Assembly (NCBI RefSeq): GCF_004010195.1
Contig: NW_025215243.1
Location: forward strand, 22,019-76,514
Length of the DNA stretch: 54,496 bases
Source: Chiloscyllium plagiosum
Lineage: Eukaryota
Direction of reading: 5' to 3'
Shown here: one piece after another, positions 1 to 13,095 of the stretch
How the letters are laid out: each line of letters begins with the position of its first letter
Position numbering within the stretch: position 1 is the first letter of the stretch
Program-made: the position numbers and the translations under genes
Notes under the pieces: generated by a model
Seen by the model: only the letters and a program-made list of their open reading frames with translations
What the model was told of the DNA's origin: nothing
Databases searched by the model: none

Positions 1-307
1 ACCTAATTGAAGAGACATTACCCATTCCCAAAAAAATCCCACAATTTCCTGTCACAAGCCGATTTCCTGATGTACAATTTTAGTTAAACTCTGTCCCATC
101 CTGTTCCTTTCTGCTTGTCTTCAGTCACATTCCCATGCTGCTCCCATACTTCACCTTTCCTCTGTGGATTTGGAAAGCTCCTTTCACCTGAATCCTGTCC
201 CTGCATCCTCTCTGTCAGTTTAAAGCCATGTCCATAAACCTACTGACATGACTGGTCAGGATACTGGTACCAGCAGGGTTCCAGTGGGATCATGCCAATG
301 GGTTATC

Positions 308-690
308 TTTTTAAATAAGGTATGGCATGCAGTTGTCTCTGGCTGACCAGCCTTTCTTGCACAACCCTAGCTGCCCTTGAGCTTAGTAACGTGCTTGGTC
401 ATTTCAGAGGGTCATTGAGAGGCAAACACTTTGCTGTGGGTATGTCGTGCAGACCACGTGAGGATGGGCAGATGTCCTTCTTGAAAGGACAAGTGATTGG
501 GCTTTTTTTGTTTGGTACACCAGCAATGGTTTCATATGTGTTTATCGACTGTTAATGACCTTTTCTTTTAGTTATTGATTTCAAATTTCAGCATTTCTGA
601 TGGTGGGATTGAAACCTGCCTCCACGGAACAATTGCTGAGGTTTGGCATACATGCTCTAGCAATAGTACTACTAGGCCAGCAATTCACCT
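308..690 (-). mobile_element. Deu-domain tRNA-derived SINE (SacSINE1-like), decayed
   Basis: The reverse complement gives a head (TGGCCTAGTAGTACTATTGCTAGA...GGTTTCAATCCCACC), a Deu-like core (GTCCTTTCAAGAAGGACATCTGCC...CCACAGCAAAGTG) and a tail (CAAGGGCAGCTAGGG). Homologous to copies at 9235, 39620 and 52255. Confidence 0.8.
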
Positions 691-1684
691 GCTCACCGGT
701 TGCTCATCCCTGAGTATTGATACATCATGAAGTGCGTCATGAAGCTAAAGCCGTTTTTTCCTACATATTTGTTTGATCCTGAAATTATCCTGAACTCTGA
801 TGATCTCACTCATTATCTCTCCATGTGGTCTCCCTCACTGTGTGGGTCTAAATACTGTGTCTGTCAGTATCTCTCACTTGCAGCTACTCCAGATCCTGAG
901 CCAACTGAATTCTCCACTCCAGAGAGGCACAGCACCACATGCCAAGGATGGAGACTGGTATTTTCCAGATCTCTGTGGGATACAGTATCATTCTCCCTGT
1001 GTAACCCTCACTGCATATGTCTAATTTCCCAATGTGTCTATCTCTCAGACTCCTAGGTACTCAGGAAGTTCCTGACTCAGTAGCCTTCCCAGCTGCTGGG
1101 TGTTCATTGTCTCTCTGTCTGACCAACCATTTTAAAATTGCAGGGAAATCTGGAGCCTTCAACAAATCCTGCAGTGAGGTAAGATCACTCACATGCACAG
1201 AGCAGAGAGCAATGAGAGGGCTCTAAACATGGCTAACAAGACATGACACAGATACAGCGCTGGAGGGGGACCACAGTACGGACACACCCCAGGCTCAATC
1301 ACCGCCACTACTTTAACTTACTTTGTACTGAGTCAGCATTGGGAGTATCACATTTATCGATCCATGTCTGTGCTATCTTAGTGAGCATCAGTATAACAGA
1401 GGGGAAAGCAGGCTTCCCACGAGAGGCTGGGACTGCTGCCTGGGATCGTTCTGCTCTGCGCTCCCTCTCCAAAACTGTATCTATGTTATGTCTCCTTGAC
1501 TAGTGTCTTCAAAAGTGTGTAATTCCTACATAGTTCCAGTCCCTGTAACCTCCTCCCTTTCCTTCATTCGTCCCTCCACATATTTGAAATGTGCTGTTTT
1601 CCAGCCTACCATCCCTGTCTCTGTAACTTACTTCAGTGTCTACAACATGCCTTATCTCTGTAGTCTCCTCCTCCAATAAACCTT

Positions 1685-2845
1685 TAGTCCGACTTGTCCG
1701 TGCTGACCAGGTTTACCAAACTGAACGAATCGCTTCAGCCTGTGTTTGGCCCATATCCTTTCAAATGTTCTCCTCTCCCTGTACCTGTCCAAATGTCTTT
1801 TCCATGTTGTAATTGTTCTTGTTTGTTCATGTGCCCCTGGCACTTCGTTTCATCAATGCACCACATTCTGTGGATAATGTTGCCCCTCAGCTCCCTCTTT
1901 AAATCCTTGCTCTCTCACCTCCTGTTTATACCCTCTAGTTTTGGACTCACCTACCCTTGGCTTTTCACCTTACTCAGGGCCCGCAAGATTTTGTAAACGT
2001 TGATAAGTTCACCCCATAGCCTCCTCTGCCCAAGGGAAATATTTAGGATAATGTTACAAATATCTCCAACTCATATATCAAAGTGCTGGCCAATGAGGGA
2101 AAATGTTGCTTTCTCCAAGCTGTCCACCTGTGATTGCCATTTCCAAGGAACAATGTAACTGCACTCCTTGGTCTCTCTCTGTTTGACAACACTGCCCAGG
2201 GCACTGCCATTAACTATGTTAGTCCTCCCTGGTTTGTCCTAACAAAATCCAACACCTGAATTCAACTCCATCTTTCATTCCTTGGTCCACTGCCCCAGTT
2301 GGTCAAGGTCCCCTTTGATAACTGTATTCACTGCCCACTGCATCATTAATTTGATCATCCATAAAATTACAAACAATGACTCCTATATTCTCAACCAAAT
2401 CTTTTATGTAGATGATTCACATCAGTGGACCCAGCCCTGATCCTTATGGAACACCTCTGGTCACAGGCTTACAGTCTGAACAACAATCCTCTCCCACCTC
2501 CCTCTGTCTCCTAATCTCAAGCCAATTTTGCATCCAGTTGGAGAGGTCTCCCTGATCCCATGTGATCTCACCTTACTAAACAGTATATCAGTCTAAACCA
2601 TGTCAAAGGCCCTTCTGACGTTGGTGTAGACAATGTATGGTCACAACTTCAATGAAAGCAATCAAGTTAGTGAGCCCTGACTTTTTGTGCACAATGCCCT
2701 GCAGACTATCTTTCATCAATCTTTGCTTTTCCAAATGAATGTGACTCCTGTCTGGCAGAATCACCTTCACAACCTACCCACCACTGACGTTGGGCTAATT
2801 GGTCTTTAGTTCCCTGGCTTTCCATTGCAGCCTTTCTTAAATAGT
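1685..2845 (-). mobile_element. CR1 LINE fragment (RT to 3' UTR), decayed
   Basis: Minus-strand CR1 RT-like segments (FDMV, GVP*GSGLGPL), C-terminal KRHLDRY (ORF 1652-1843) and a 3' UTR like other CR1 copies in the window. Confidence 0.8.
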
Positions 2846-2864
2846 GGAATAAAACTATATTCTT

Positions 2865-4445
2865 GTCATAGAGCCATGCAGCATGGAAACTGACCCTTCA
2901 GTTGGTACCAAACATGACCTAAAACTAAACACATCCCAGCTGCCTGTTGCTGGCCCATATCCCTCTAACCCTTCCCTATTCCTGTACTTGATCAAATGTG
3001 TTTTAAACACTGCATTTGAACCCACATTCCCCCCTTCCTCAGGAGTTCATTCCACTCCCAAACCACCCTCTGTGCAACAATTAGCCCCCATGTCTTTATT
3101 TTTAACATATCCCTCTTCTCACCTTAAAAATGTGGCCCTTCCACTTGAGACTCCCCCATCCTGAGGAAACGGCAACTGCCATTAACTCTATTTATATCCC
3201 TCATCTTTTTCATGAACTTCCATCAGGCCATCTCTCATCATCCAAGCTCCACTTAAAAAAAGACTGGCTGGATAGGCTTTTTTTCAGAACTCAAGACTTC
3301 CATACCCAGCCACATTCTGGTAAATCTCTTCTGAACCCCCTGCAGCTTAATAATATCCTCCCTATAACTGGGCGACCAGAACTGGACAGTGTGTTGCAGA
3401 AGAGGCTTCACCAATGTCTATACAATCTCAACATGACGTCCCAAATCCTACACTCAATGGAGTGAGCAATAGTCAGGCATGCCAAGCACTGTCTTATCCA
3501 TCCTGTGATGCAAACTTCAAGAATTATGTATCTGAACCCGGAGGTCTCTCTGCTCTAAAACACTAAGTGAGGCCCGAACATTAATTGTATAAGCTCTACC
3601 ATTGTTTGTTTTATCAAGTGCACTACCTTGCATTTATTCAGATTGAATTCCATCTACGGTTTTTCAGCCCATTCACCCATATTATCAAGGTCCATTTTAG
3701 CAAACGTCCTTCACAGTCCACTATTCCACCCTCCAGTCTTTCCAGCACATCACACATGGCTGTCAATTGTACAAATACCTTCGCAGTGCTCCACAATTTC
3801 TTTCCTAACATCCCACAATGTACATTGATACACTTATTGAGATCCTGGGGCTGTCCATACCTTTGTGTTTTAAAACCTCCAGCAAAACCGCTTCTATAAC
3901 ATGCACTCTTTTCAAGTCATAGAGATAGATAGCATGGAAGCAGAGCCTTCAGTCCAACTCATCCATGCTGACCAGAAGATCTAACACATCCATCCCATTT
4001 ACCAGCATTTGGCCCAAGTACCTCAAAACACTTGTTGTTGACATACCTAACCAGATACCTTTTAAATGTTGTAATTGTATTAGTCTTTGTTACTTTCTCT
4101 CTCAGCTCATTTCATACACATTTCACCATGTGCATGAAAAAGCTGTCCCTTCAGTCCCTTTGAAACCTTTCCCCTCTAACGTTAAACCTATGCCCTCTAG
4201 TTCTGGACTCCCCAACCCCTGGGAAAAAGACCTTGAATGTTTACCTAATCCATATACCCCATGTTTATATAAACCTCTGTCAGGTCACCCCTCAGTCTCC
4301 CATGCTCCACAGAAAGTAACCCCAGCTTATTCAGCAACAACCCTGGCAACATCTTGCAAATCCTTTCTGAGCACGTTCAAATTTTACAACGTCATTCCTA
4401 TAGCAGGGAGGCTGGAATTGCAGAGAACTCCAATTGTGGTCTAAC
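2865..4445 (-). mobile_element. Tandem 5'-truncated CR1 3' ends (about 2865-3730 and 3916-4445)
   Basis: Each begins with a GTCATAGAG-type tail followed by GCATGGAA...CCTTCAG 3' UTR and ORF2 C-terminal remnants (VQFWSP-like). Confidence 0.8.
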
Positions 4446-4449
4446 ATAT

Positions 4450-5830
4450 TACTCTTGTTCCCTAAGTTCCCCAGTCTTTGTCCACAGTAAGTTCTGGGGT
4501 GAAAAAATTGTTTAGGGTCTTAGGAAATATCCTGCAGTTCCACACATCAATTGCCTCATTGATCTTTAAGGGCCCTTATTTTGTCTCGAGTTACTCTTTT
4601 ACTCTTAATATATTTGTACAATCACTTTTGGATTCTCCTTATGCTTCTCTGCCGAGGCTATTTCATGTACCCTTTCTGCATTCCTGATTTCCACCCACAG
4701 TGTATTCCTACAGTCCCTATGATCCTCAGGGATTCCCTTGATCCAGCTGGCTATACCTGACGTGTGCCTCCTTTTCCTTGACCAGATCCTCAATAGACAG
4801 CCAGTGTTTCCGAATGCTGTCAGCATTGACCTGCACACAAACAGGAACATGCTGGCGCTGAACGCTCAATTTATCTCATTTTTAATATATTCTCACTTGC
4901 CAGATTTCGCTTTCCCTGTAAATAGACTCTCCAATCACCTTTTGAAATTCCTGGCTGATACGATCAATATTAGTCTGGCCCCATTTTACAACTTGAATTG
5001 TAAAATGGCCTTTTTCCGTATCCATTTTCAAACTAATACAAATGCCTCAGTCCCTTTCCCTACCTTGTTTCCCAAGTGGAGGTCAGGTTTTGTCCATTTC
5101 TGTTTTCAGGCCATTTACATATTGATTGGGAGTTTTCTGGAACACAATTACCAAATTCCTCCCTTGCAAACACTGAACACTGGCAGTCCCAGTCTCAGTT
5201 TGGAAAGTTTAAAAACCGCTGCCATAACAGCCCTATTATTGTGATCGATATTTGAGATCTCCTGACATATTTGTTTCTCTGTCTGCCACGGATTATTCGG
5301 GGGTCAATGGAACAATCGCGTCAGAGTGATGACCAATTCTTATTTCTCAGTTCCATTAACATAGCTTCACTGGGCGATCCCACAGGAATGTCCTCTCTAA
5401 GTACTGCTGTGATGATTCTTGCAATCGAAGCCCACCACCACACGTCCTCTGTTGCCTCCCCTTCCTGTAGCATCTCTACCTTGAAACAATGAGCTGCCAG
5501 TCCTGCCCCTCCCTCAGCTGTGTTTCTGTAATAACGATAATCTCTCAGTCCCATGTTCCAATCCATGCCCTGAGTTCATCTTCCTGAACTGTCAGGCCCC
5601 TTGCAATGAAATAAATGCAGTTTAATCATCAGTTTTCCCCTATTCCCTGCTATGTTCTTGCCTGCCTTGTCTGTTGAAATTGCTGTCTTTAACTTATGCA
5701 ACAGTCTCAATCTTCTTTCTGACTTTGTGACTGTTTAATGTTCAACACCCGACCAGATTAGATTATATCCTCTCAAGCAGACCTACCAATTCACCCCACC
5801 AGGATGTGGGCCCCCCACGCACTCCCAGTT
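4450..5830 (-). mobile_element. CR1 fragment: ORF1 end, endonuclease and tether, decayed
   Basis: The minus ORF 5321-5566 reads GLRDYRYYRNT...ITAVLREDIPVGSPSEAMLMELRNK, a CR1 AP-endonuclease N-terminal region. KENPK appears in ORF 4605-4850. Confidence 0.75.
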
Positions 5831-5989
5831 CATGTGCCTTCCACTCCCAATCCACCTGTGCTGACACCTTTAGGGATATTTGGATTGTCCCCTCAGGTCC
5901 CTGTGTTCCTCAGTGCTCCGCAAGAACCAACCATTCATTATGTCTGTCCTTCGCTTATCGTACCTCCCACAGGGTATGACCTCACATTG

Positions 5990-7285
5990 ATCAGAACTAA
6001 ACTCTGCTCAGATTATCATCTGATCGTCATCAGACTGTAGCGAGAGACTAACCACCTCACTGTGAACAACATCTTCATCTTCCATGTCGTCTGCAAACCT
6101 ACTAATGATTACTTTTGCTTTCACATCGAAGTTATTATTCGACAGACTGACCAGCCATGGTTCCTGCACAGATCCCTGTGGTAAGAACGCTGGTGAATGA
6201 ATTTCAAACACGAAGAGGTTTATCCACGAATTTTGTATCCAATTTACCAACTTGGCTTGAATCCCAGTGGCTCTTCCCTTTTGGACCAGCCTTCCATGTG
6301 GGACCTTGTCAAAGGCCTTATTCAGGACCACGTAAACCACATTATCTGCACTGCCCTCATCAATATTTTGAGAGATCATTTAAAAAGAAAACGCAACTGA
6401 TTTCCTCAGACAGTATTTTCCTCTGCCAAATCCGTGATGACTGAGCCGAGTTGATCCCTCCCTTTTCAAATGTTGATTCATCCTCAGAATTGTTCCCAGA
6501 AAATCCCCTCCCCCTGCTGTCAGACTATCTGCTCTGTAATTACCTGGCCTATCCCTGCTGCCCTTCCTGAACAAAGGAACCACATTAGCGATCCTCCAGT
6601 CATTCAGTACTTCACCTGTGGCCAGCAAAGTACTAAATATATCCGGCAGGGCCCCAGCAATCTCCTCCCTTACCTCCCATGGCAGCCTGGGATACATTAC
6701 TTTAGGCTCTGGGGATTTCTCCACCTTTATGCCTGTGAAGACATTTAATACTTGCTCCTTATTGATCTTAACATGTTGTAGAACCTCAGCATCCCAACTG
6801 AAATCTCCAGCTACAATGTCTTTCTCCTGTGTGAATACGGATGGGAAGTATTAATTGGAGACCTCACCTATTTCCTCTGGCTCGATGCACAGATTATACC
6901 TTTGGTTTCTCGCAGGCGCAACTCTTTCACTGGTAATCTTCTTCCTCTAATTGTATTGATAAAATACGTTGTGGCCTTTTCTTAACAGTATCTCCCAAGG
7001 GTATTTCAAGCCCATTCTTTGCTTCTCATTTTTAAGGACCCCGTGCACTCTCTATACTTTTGAAATGCTTCGCCTGTTTTCATCGCACTGTACTGACTTT
7101 ATCCAGCTCACGATATCGCTTGACCAGTATTCACTGGAGTTACTGCCTTTGTCTTTCACTCTTCTCTTCTGGGAGCACACTAGCCCTGAATTCTCACTGT
7201 ATCACTTTAACTTTCTTCTTGTATTCGAATATGAACCCAACTGCCATCTGTGTTTGCCAGCTCCTGTCTCGTGATAATGATAATG
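5990..7285 (-). mobile_element. CR1 ORF2 fragment (tether to RT)
   Basis: Minus ORFs read EVREEIAGAL...DWRIANVVPLFRKGSRDRPGNYR and KAFDKVPHGRLVQK...PQGSV...ISRFADD. Confidence 0.9.
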
Positions 7286-7589
7286 CCCAGTGACAGTAAC
7301 ATTCTAATGATTAGGGGGCTTCTCCAAATTTGGCACCTTCACTTCTTCACTATCCTGATCTCTTTCCAAAATGACTTTGACACTTATTGTTGTGTCCACT
7401 ATCTCCAAAACGCTACAAAAATCCTTATGTCTGTCATCCTGCCCAGCACCAACAACCCACACTTTCTGTAACATCCATCCCTTACTGACCTACCCTCCAA
7501 CCTCTCCAGCACATGATATCACTGCAACCTTCTTCAGTCCCCCACAGCACTTCTCCATCCTTTCATACAGCACCTCATTACCTCTAAGC

Positions 7590-8680
7590 ATTCAGAAAGA
7601 ATGGAGGCATGGGATACAGGGAAACCTATCTGTCTGGATACAGAATTCCTGGCCCATAGAAGACAGAGGGTGATGATAGATGGAAAACATTCAGCCTGGA
7701 GTTCGGTGACCAGTCGTGTTCTGCAGGGATCAGTTCCCGGAACTATGCTCTTTGTGATTTTTATAAGTGACTTGGATGTGGGAGTGGAAGAGTGGGTCAG
7801 TAATTTTGCCGATGACACAACGAGTGTTGGAATGGTGGATAGTGTGGAGATCTGTTGCTGGTTGCAACGGGGCATTGACATGATGGGGAGCTGGGCTGAG
7901 GGGTGGCAGAAAGAGTTCAACCTGGAAAAGTGTGAAGTGATTCGTTTTGGAAGGTCGTAACTTGAATTCAGAATACTGGGTTAAAAGTAGGATTGTTGGC
8001 AGTGTGGAGTAACAATGAGATGTTTGGTTCCACGTCCATAGATCCCTCAAAGTTGCCACCCAAGCTGATAGGGTTGTTAAGAAGGAATATGTTGTGTTGG
8101 CTTTCATTAGCTGGGGGATTGAGTTTCAGAGCCGTGAGACTATGCTGCAGATCTATAGAGCTCTGCTTAGACCACACTTAGATATTATATTCAGTTCTGG
8201 TCCTCTCATTACAGGAAAGATGTGGAAGCTTTAGAGATGGTAAAACAGAAGATTTACAGGGATGCTGCCTGTACTGGAGAACATGTCTTGTGAAGAAAAG
8301 TTGAGGGAGGTAAGGCTTTCCTCATTGGAGTGAAGAAGGATGAGTGACGTCTTGGTAGAGTTGAACAAGATAAGAGGCACAGACATAGTGAACAGTGAAA
8401 GATTGTTTTTTCTCATGGCAGAAATGGCTGTCACAAGGAAGTATAATAATAAGGTGACTGGAAGGAGGTTAAGAGGAGATTTCAGAGTTTGGTTCTTCAC
8501 AGAGTAGTGTTAGTAGAGTTAGACATATTAGGGGCATTTAATAGACTCTTGGAAAGTCACATGGATGATAGTAAAATGAAATGTATGTAGGTTAGTTTGA
8601 TCTTGGAGGAGGATAAAAGGTCGGCATAACGTTGAGGGCTAAAGGGCCTTATACTGCATTGTTTTATGTTCTACGTTCCA
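7590..8680 (+). mobile_element. CR1 fragment (RT to 3' end)
   Basis: RRQRVMIDG...VLQGSVPG...FADDT...FNLEKCEV, then a 3' UTR GAGGGCTAAAGGGCCT and a decayed (TTCTATG)n tail. Same subfamily as 23318-25704. Confidence 0.9.
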
Positions 8681-8684
8681 TATG

Positions 8685-9235
8685 GAAAACTGGGTAATAC
8701 GTTCCGATCAAAGTAAAAGGATACGGTATCCAGGAGGAGCTAGTCAACTGGATATACAATTTACCTCACGGTAGGAGACAGAGGGTAGTTGGAGACATTG
8801 TGTTTTTCTGACTGGAGATGTTTGTCATTTGGATAATTGATTTGGTTGAGAATATTATTTTCTTGGTAAATACGTTTGTGGGTGGCACTAAACTTGATGA
8901 TATACTGAACAGTGAAGAATGTTAAATATGAAAAAGCAGGATGAACAGTACTGCTGGGTTAGTGGGCTGAAGAAAGCAGATGGAGATTAATCAGAGAAAT
9001 ATGAAGTGTTCCATTTTGGTAAAACAAGCCAGGATGGGACTTGTACAGTTAATGTTCGGGCCCTGGGTAGTGTTGTCAATCAGAAAGCCAGGGATGCAGG
9101 TACACAGTTCTTTGAATGTGGTGTCACAGGTAGACAGGCTGGTGAAGTAGGCATTTGGGATGGTTACCTTCATTGGTCAGAGCATTCAGAGTAGGAGTTG
9201 GGATGTCATGTTGTGGTAGACACTGGTGAGGTCAC
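8685..9235 (+). mobile_element. Older CR1 RT fragment
   Basis: Degenerate GRRQRVV...FHFGKT...VGCHVV segments collinear with CR1 RT. Confidence 0.65.
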
Positions 9236-9453
9236 CATAAAGGCATTGTTGATCAGTAGGAAAAAAAACATCTGGTTCACTTACATCCTTTAGTGAAGGA
9301 CATCTGACATTCTAACCTGCTCTGGCCGTCATGTTACTCCAGACCCACAGCAATATTGCTGATTCGGAGCTGCCCTCTGGATAAATAGCTGTGAGGCAAA
9401 GAATGCTGGTTCCGGTAGTGACACCCAAAATCCATGAATGAATAAATTAAAAT
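9235..9453 (+). mobile_element. SacSINE1-like Deu-SINE, head missing
   Basis: CATCTGGTTCACT..TCCTTTAGTGAAGGACATCTG...CTCCAGACCCACAGCAAT core and an ATGAATGAATAAA tail. Confidence 0.8.
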
Positions 9454-10211
9454 ACATATGTCCCTCCATACCTCTGTAAACTCCTCCAGCTGCAGCAATC
9501 TGTACAGGCTTTGTAACACCGTTCAGGCCCTGACCACTCTCTGTTACACTGTCACCACCTGCAGCACCTTCACCTCTCCCTGTTCCTATCATCTCATCAA
9601 ACCCTGACAATGATTGCCCTTCCCACTGCCCTCCTCCTGCGAGCAGACAGTTCGCAATTCGTCTAACACTTACTGCATAAACACTCTCTCACTTTAGAAT
9701 TGTTAGTACTTTTGGTGATCTTCTAAGCCTGATAATCCAGAAAGAACCATTTTGTCCTGAGTGAGAGACAGGGAGGAATTTCTTGCTAAGTTTTTGACTG
9801 TTTCAATGGAATGTCCTTTTGTTGAGTGTTTTACACCATTCTTCAAGTGTTTTCAACTGTTCGTTTACAGGCATGCATTTCAGTCTGTTCCTCCTGTTAA
9901 CCCTTGGTCAGTTCTCTCAAACCCATGTAAAAGGGCTAATTTGTTTCCAGTTGTATCTTATCCATTCTGTGATTCACGTTAAAGCTTTAGAATTAATTAA
10001 GTTTCACTTTATCCCAGTTTTCCAAAGGATGTCTCTGTGTGACATTACTCATTCACTCAGCTTCATCAGACAACAGTCGCTCTGAGATAGCTGCGTCCCT
10101 CGCCAGTTGCACAATGTGATATTCAAAGAAACACTGAGTGTAAAAAAGTTCTCCTCTTCGAATATCACTGTTGTCAGTGTGATTGTGCCAGATTATGCGA
10201 ATATTGAAGTT

Positions 10212-10501
10212 NNNNNNNNNNNNNNNNNNNNNNNNNNNNNNNNNNNNNNNNNNNNNNNNNNNNNNNNNNNNNNNNNNNNNNNNNNNNNNNNNNNNNNNNN
10301 NNNNNNNNNNNNNNNNNNNNNNNNNNNNNNNNNNNNNNNNNNNNNNNNNNNNNNNNNNNNNNNNNNNNNNNNNNNNNNNNNNNNNNNNNNNNNNNNNNNN
10401 NNNNNNNNNNNNNNNNNNNNNNNNNNNNNNNNNNNNNNNNNNNNNNNNNNNNNNNNNNNNNNNNNNNNNNNNNNNNNNNNNNNNNNNNNNNNNNNNNNNN
10501 N
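10212..10501. other. Assembly gap (N run)
   Basis: Run of N. The other gaps are at 23954-24373, 39506-39619 and 51280-51546. Confidence 0.99.
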
Positions 10502-10597
10502 GCTCCTTTCACTTGTATCCTGTCCCTGCATCTTCTCTGTAAGTTTAAAGCTCTGTCCATAAACCTACCAACATGATTACCAGCACTCCGTTCTCAA

Positions 10598-11220
10598 GGG
10601 GCCCAGCAATCTCCTCCCTTACCTCCCATAGCTGCCTGGGACGCATTTCATTGGGTACTGTGGATTTCTCCAACTTTATGCATGTGAAAAAATTCAATAC
10701 TTCCGCCTTATTGATCTTAACATGTTTGAGAAACTTGCCATCCCAACTGAAATCCCCAACGATAATGTCTTTCTCCTGTGTGAATACAGATGGGAAGTAT
10801 TCGTTGAAGACCTCACCTCCTTCCTCTGGCTCCATGCACAGATTGTCCTTTTAGATTCTAACAGGCCCCACTCTTTCCCCAGTAATTCTCTTACTCTAAC
10901 TATACTGCTAAAATACATTGTGGCTTTTCCTTAACACGATCTACCAAGGATATTTAATGACCATTGTTTGTCCTTCATTTTTCAAGAACCCTCCTGCACT
11001 CCCTATAATTTCTAATGGCTTCACCAGAGTATTTTATTTACCAAACTCACGATATCACTTGATCAGTATTCGCTGGATATGCTGCCTTTACTATTCCCTC
11101 GTCAGGAGCACACTGGCCCTGAATTCTCGCAGTCTCACTTTAACATTCTCCCACTTTCCAAATATAGAACCAACTGCAGATATTCCACCCAGTCTCTGTT
11201 TGTCAGATCCTCTCTATTGA
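10598..11220 (-). mobile_element. CR1 ORF2 tether fragment
   Basis: The minus ORF 10545-10835 reads EVFNEYFPSVFTQEKD...MRPRQLWEVREEIAGPL. Confidence 0.9.
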
Positions 11221-13095
11221 TAGTGATACTGATAGGAGACTCAGTTGTGAGGGGGACAGACAGGAGACTGTGTGGCTGCAGAAGAGACCCCAGGATGGTG
11301 TGGCACCTCCCGGGTAGCAGGGTCAACGATGTCTCTGAGCAGTTACAGAACATTATGAAGTGACAGGATAAATACCCAGAGGTAATTGTTCACATCGGTA
11401 CACATGACATAGTTAGTCAAAGGGATGGGATACTGTGAAATACGTACAGGGAGTGCGGAAAGAAGTTACAAAGCAATAGCTCAAGGGTTATGATCTCCAG
11501 AATACTCCCAGTGCCACAAGCCAATGAGGGTATAAATAGAAAGATCGTCCAGATGGATACGTGGCTGAGGAGCTGGTGGAGGGGGCAGGTCTTGGATCAC
11601 TGGGATCTATTCTGGGGTAGACGTGACCTGAAAAAAGGGGGCGGGTTGGACTTGAACCAGAGAGGCACCAGTATCCCTGGGGGGAGATTTGTTTGTCTTA
11701 CAAAGGAGGGTTTAAACTAGTTTGGCAGGGTTTTTGGACTCTGAGTAAGAGAGGGCCCATTGACCAGTCAAGGGAAAAATGCATCATCCATCGAGAGCAT
11801 GTTTTCTATCCAGGATATTCAGGGGCACAGTCAAGGGAGGGAAAAGACTTCTGATTTCAAGGACATTTATTTCGACACACAAGGCCTGACAGGTACGGCA
11901 GACGAGCTCAAAGCATGGATTGGCTCTGGGGACTGGGATATTATAACCATAACAGAAACATCGCCGAGAGAAGGGCAGGAGGGCGGCTCAGTGTTCCAGG
12001 ACACAGAAACTACAGACGTGACAGAAGGACAAGTAAGTGAGGAGAGGCAGCTGCCCTATTGATAAGGAAGGACATAACAACAGTGCTTAGAGAGGATACT
12101 CTTTCAGGGTGATCAAATGAGGTCATATAGGTAGAAGTTAGAAACAAAAAGGGGATGGTCAGTCTGCTGGGATTGTGTTCTGGACCCACAAATAGCCAAC
12201 GGGTACTAGAGGAGCAGATGTGAAGAGAGGTTGCAGGCACCTGGAGAAATATAGAATAGTATTGGTTGGAGATTTTAACTTCCCCTGGATTGACTGGACC
12301 ACCCAGAGTATATAGTCCTGTATGGGGTGGAATTTGTCAAATGTGTCCAAGAAAGTTTCCTGGATCAATAGAGGGCCCCACTCTATGCAGGCAGCTGAAA
12401 AACGAGACCTCCCCTCAGAAAACGAGTTCAGGTAAGTGACTGAAGTGTCAGTCGGTGAGCACTTTGTGTCCAATGACCACAACTGTCCTCGTTTTAACAG
12501 AGTTATGGAAAAAGTTCAGGCAGGTCCCCAGATTAAGGTCTTAATCTGGAGAAGGGCCAATTTTGGGGCTATTTGGTAGTATCGAGCCGAGGTCGATTGG
12601 GTGAATTAAAAATCACACAACACCAGGTTATAGTCCAACAGATTTAATTCAAAGCACCAGCTTTCGAAGTCCAGGTGATCATTCTGAAAGTTGAAAACTT
12701 AAACTAAATTTGTTTGATATTACACTCCATGACACTGCAATCCTGTTGCTATAAATTCTGGGCCTGATTATTGTGCTCCACAACCACCTGATGAAGCAGC
12801 GCTATGAAACCCAGTGCCTCCAAATAAACCCGCTGAACTGTAAGCTGGTGTTATGTGATTTTTAACGTTGTGCATCCCAGTCCAACACCAGCTCCTCAAC
12901 GTCATGCTCCCATCCACTGGGTGGTCTGTTTGAAGGAAATGGAACGACTGGCAAATGGGAGGCTTTGAAAAGTGTGATTTCAAGAATCCAAGATGTCCCT
13001 GTTGGAGTGATGGGAAAAGTTGGCAGGTTTAGGGATCCCTGGATGATGGGGGATATTGAGACTCTGTTCAAGAAAAAGAAGGCGGCAAACACTGT
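11220..13095 (+). mobile_element. CR1 fragment: ORF1 SGNH/GDSL esterase domain plus ORF2 endonuclease, interrupted at 12604-12917
   Basis: LIGDSVVRGTDRR...LPGSRVNDVSEQLQNI, IVHIGTHD, ISRILPVP...DHWDLFWGR (ORF1 esterase); then ADELKAWI...WDIITITET and VGDFNFPWIDW (endonuclease). Multiple stops. Confidence 0.9.
12604..12917. mobile_element. Penelope-like terminal-repeat insertion with inverted arms and a decayed hammerhead core
   Basis: TTAAAAATCACACAACACCAG (12606) is inverted relative to CTGGTGTTATGTGATTTTTAA (about 12845-12865). CTGATGA (12788)...GAAA (12806). TGGGTG is duplicated at 12598-12603 and 12918-12923 in the host CR1. Confidence 0.75.

Noticed and set aside
10107..10562. ORFs containing long X runs (also at 23917-24384, 39335-39649 and 50958-51698)
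   Set aside because: Artefacts of N gaps.
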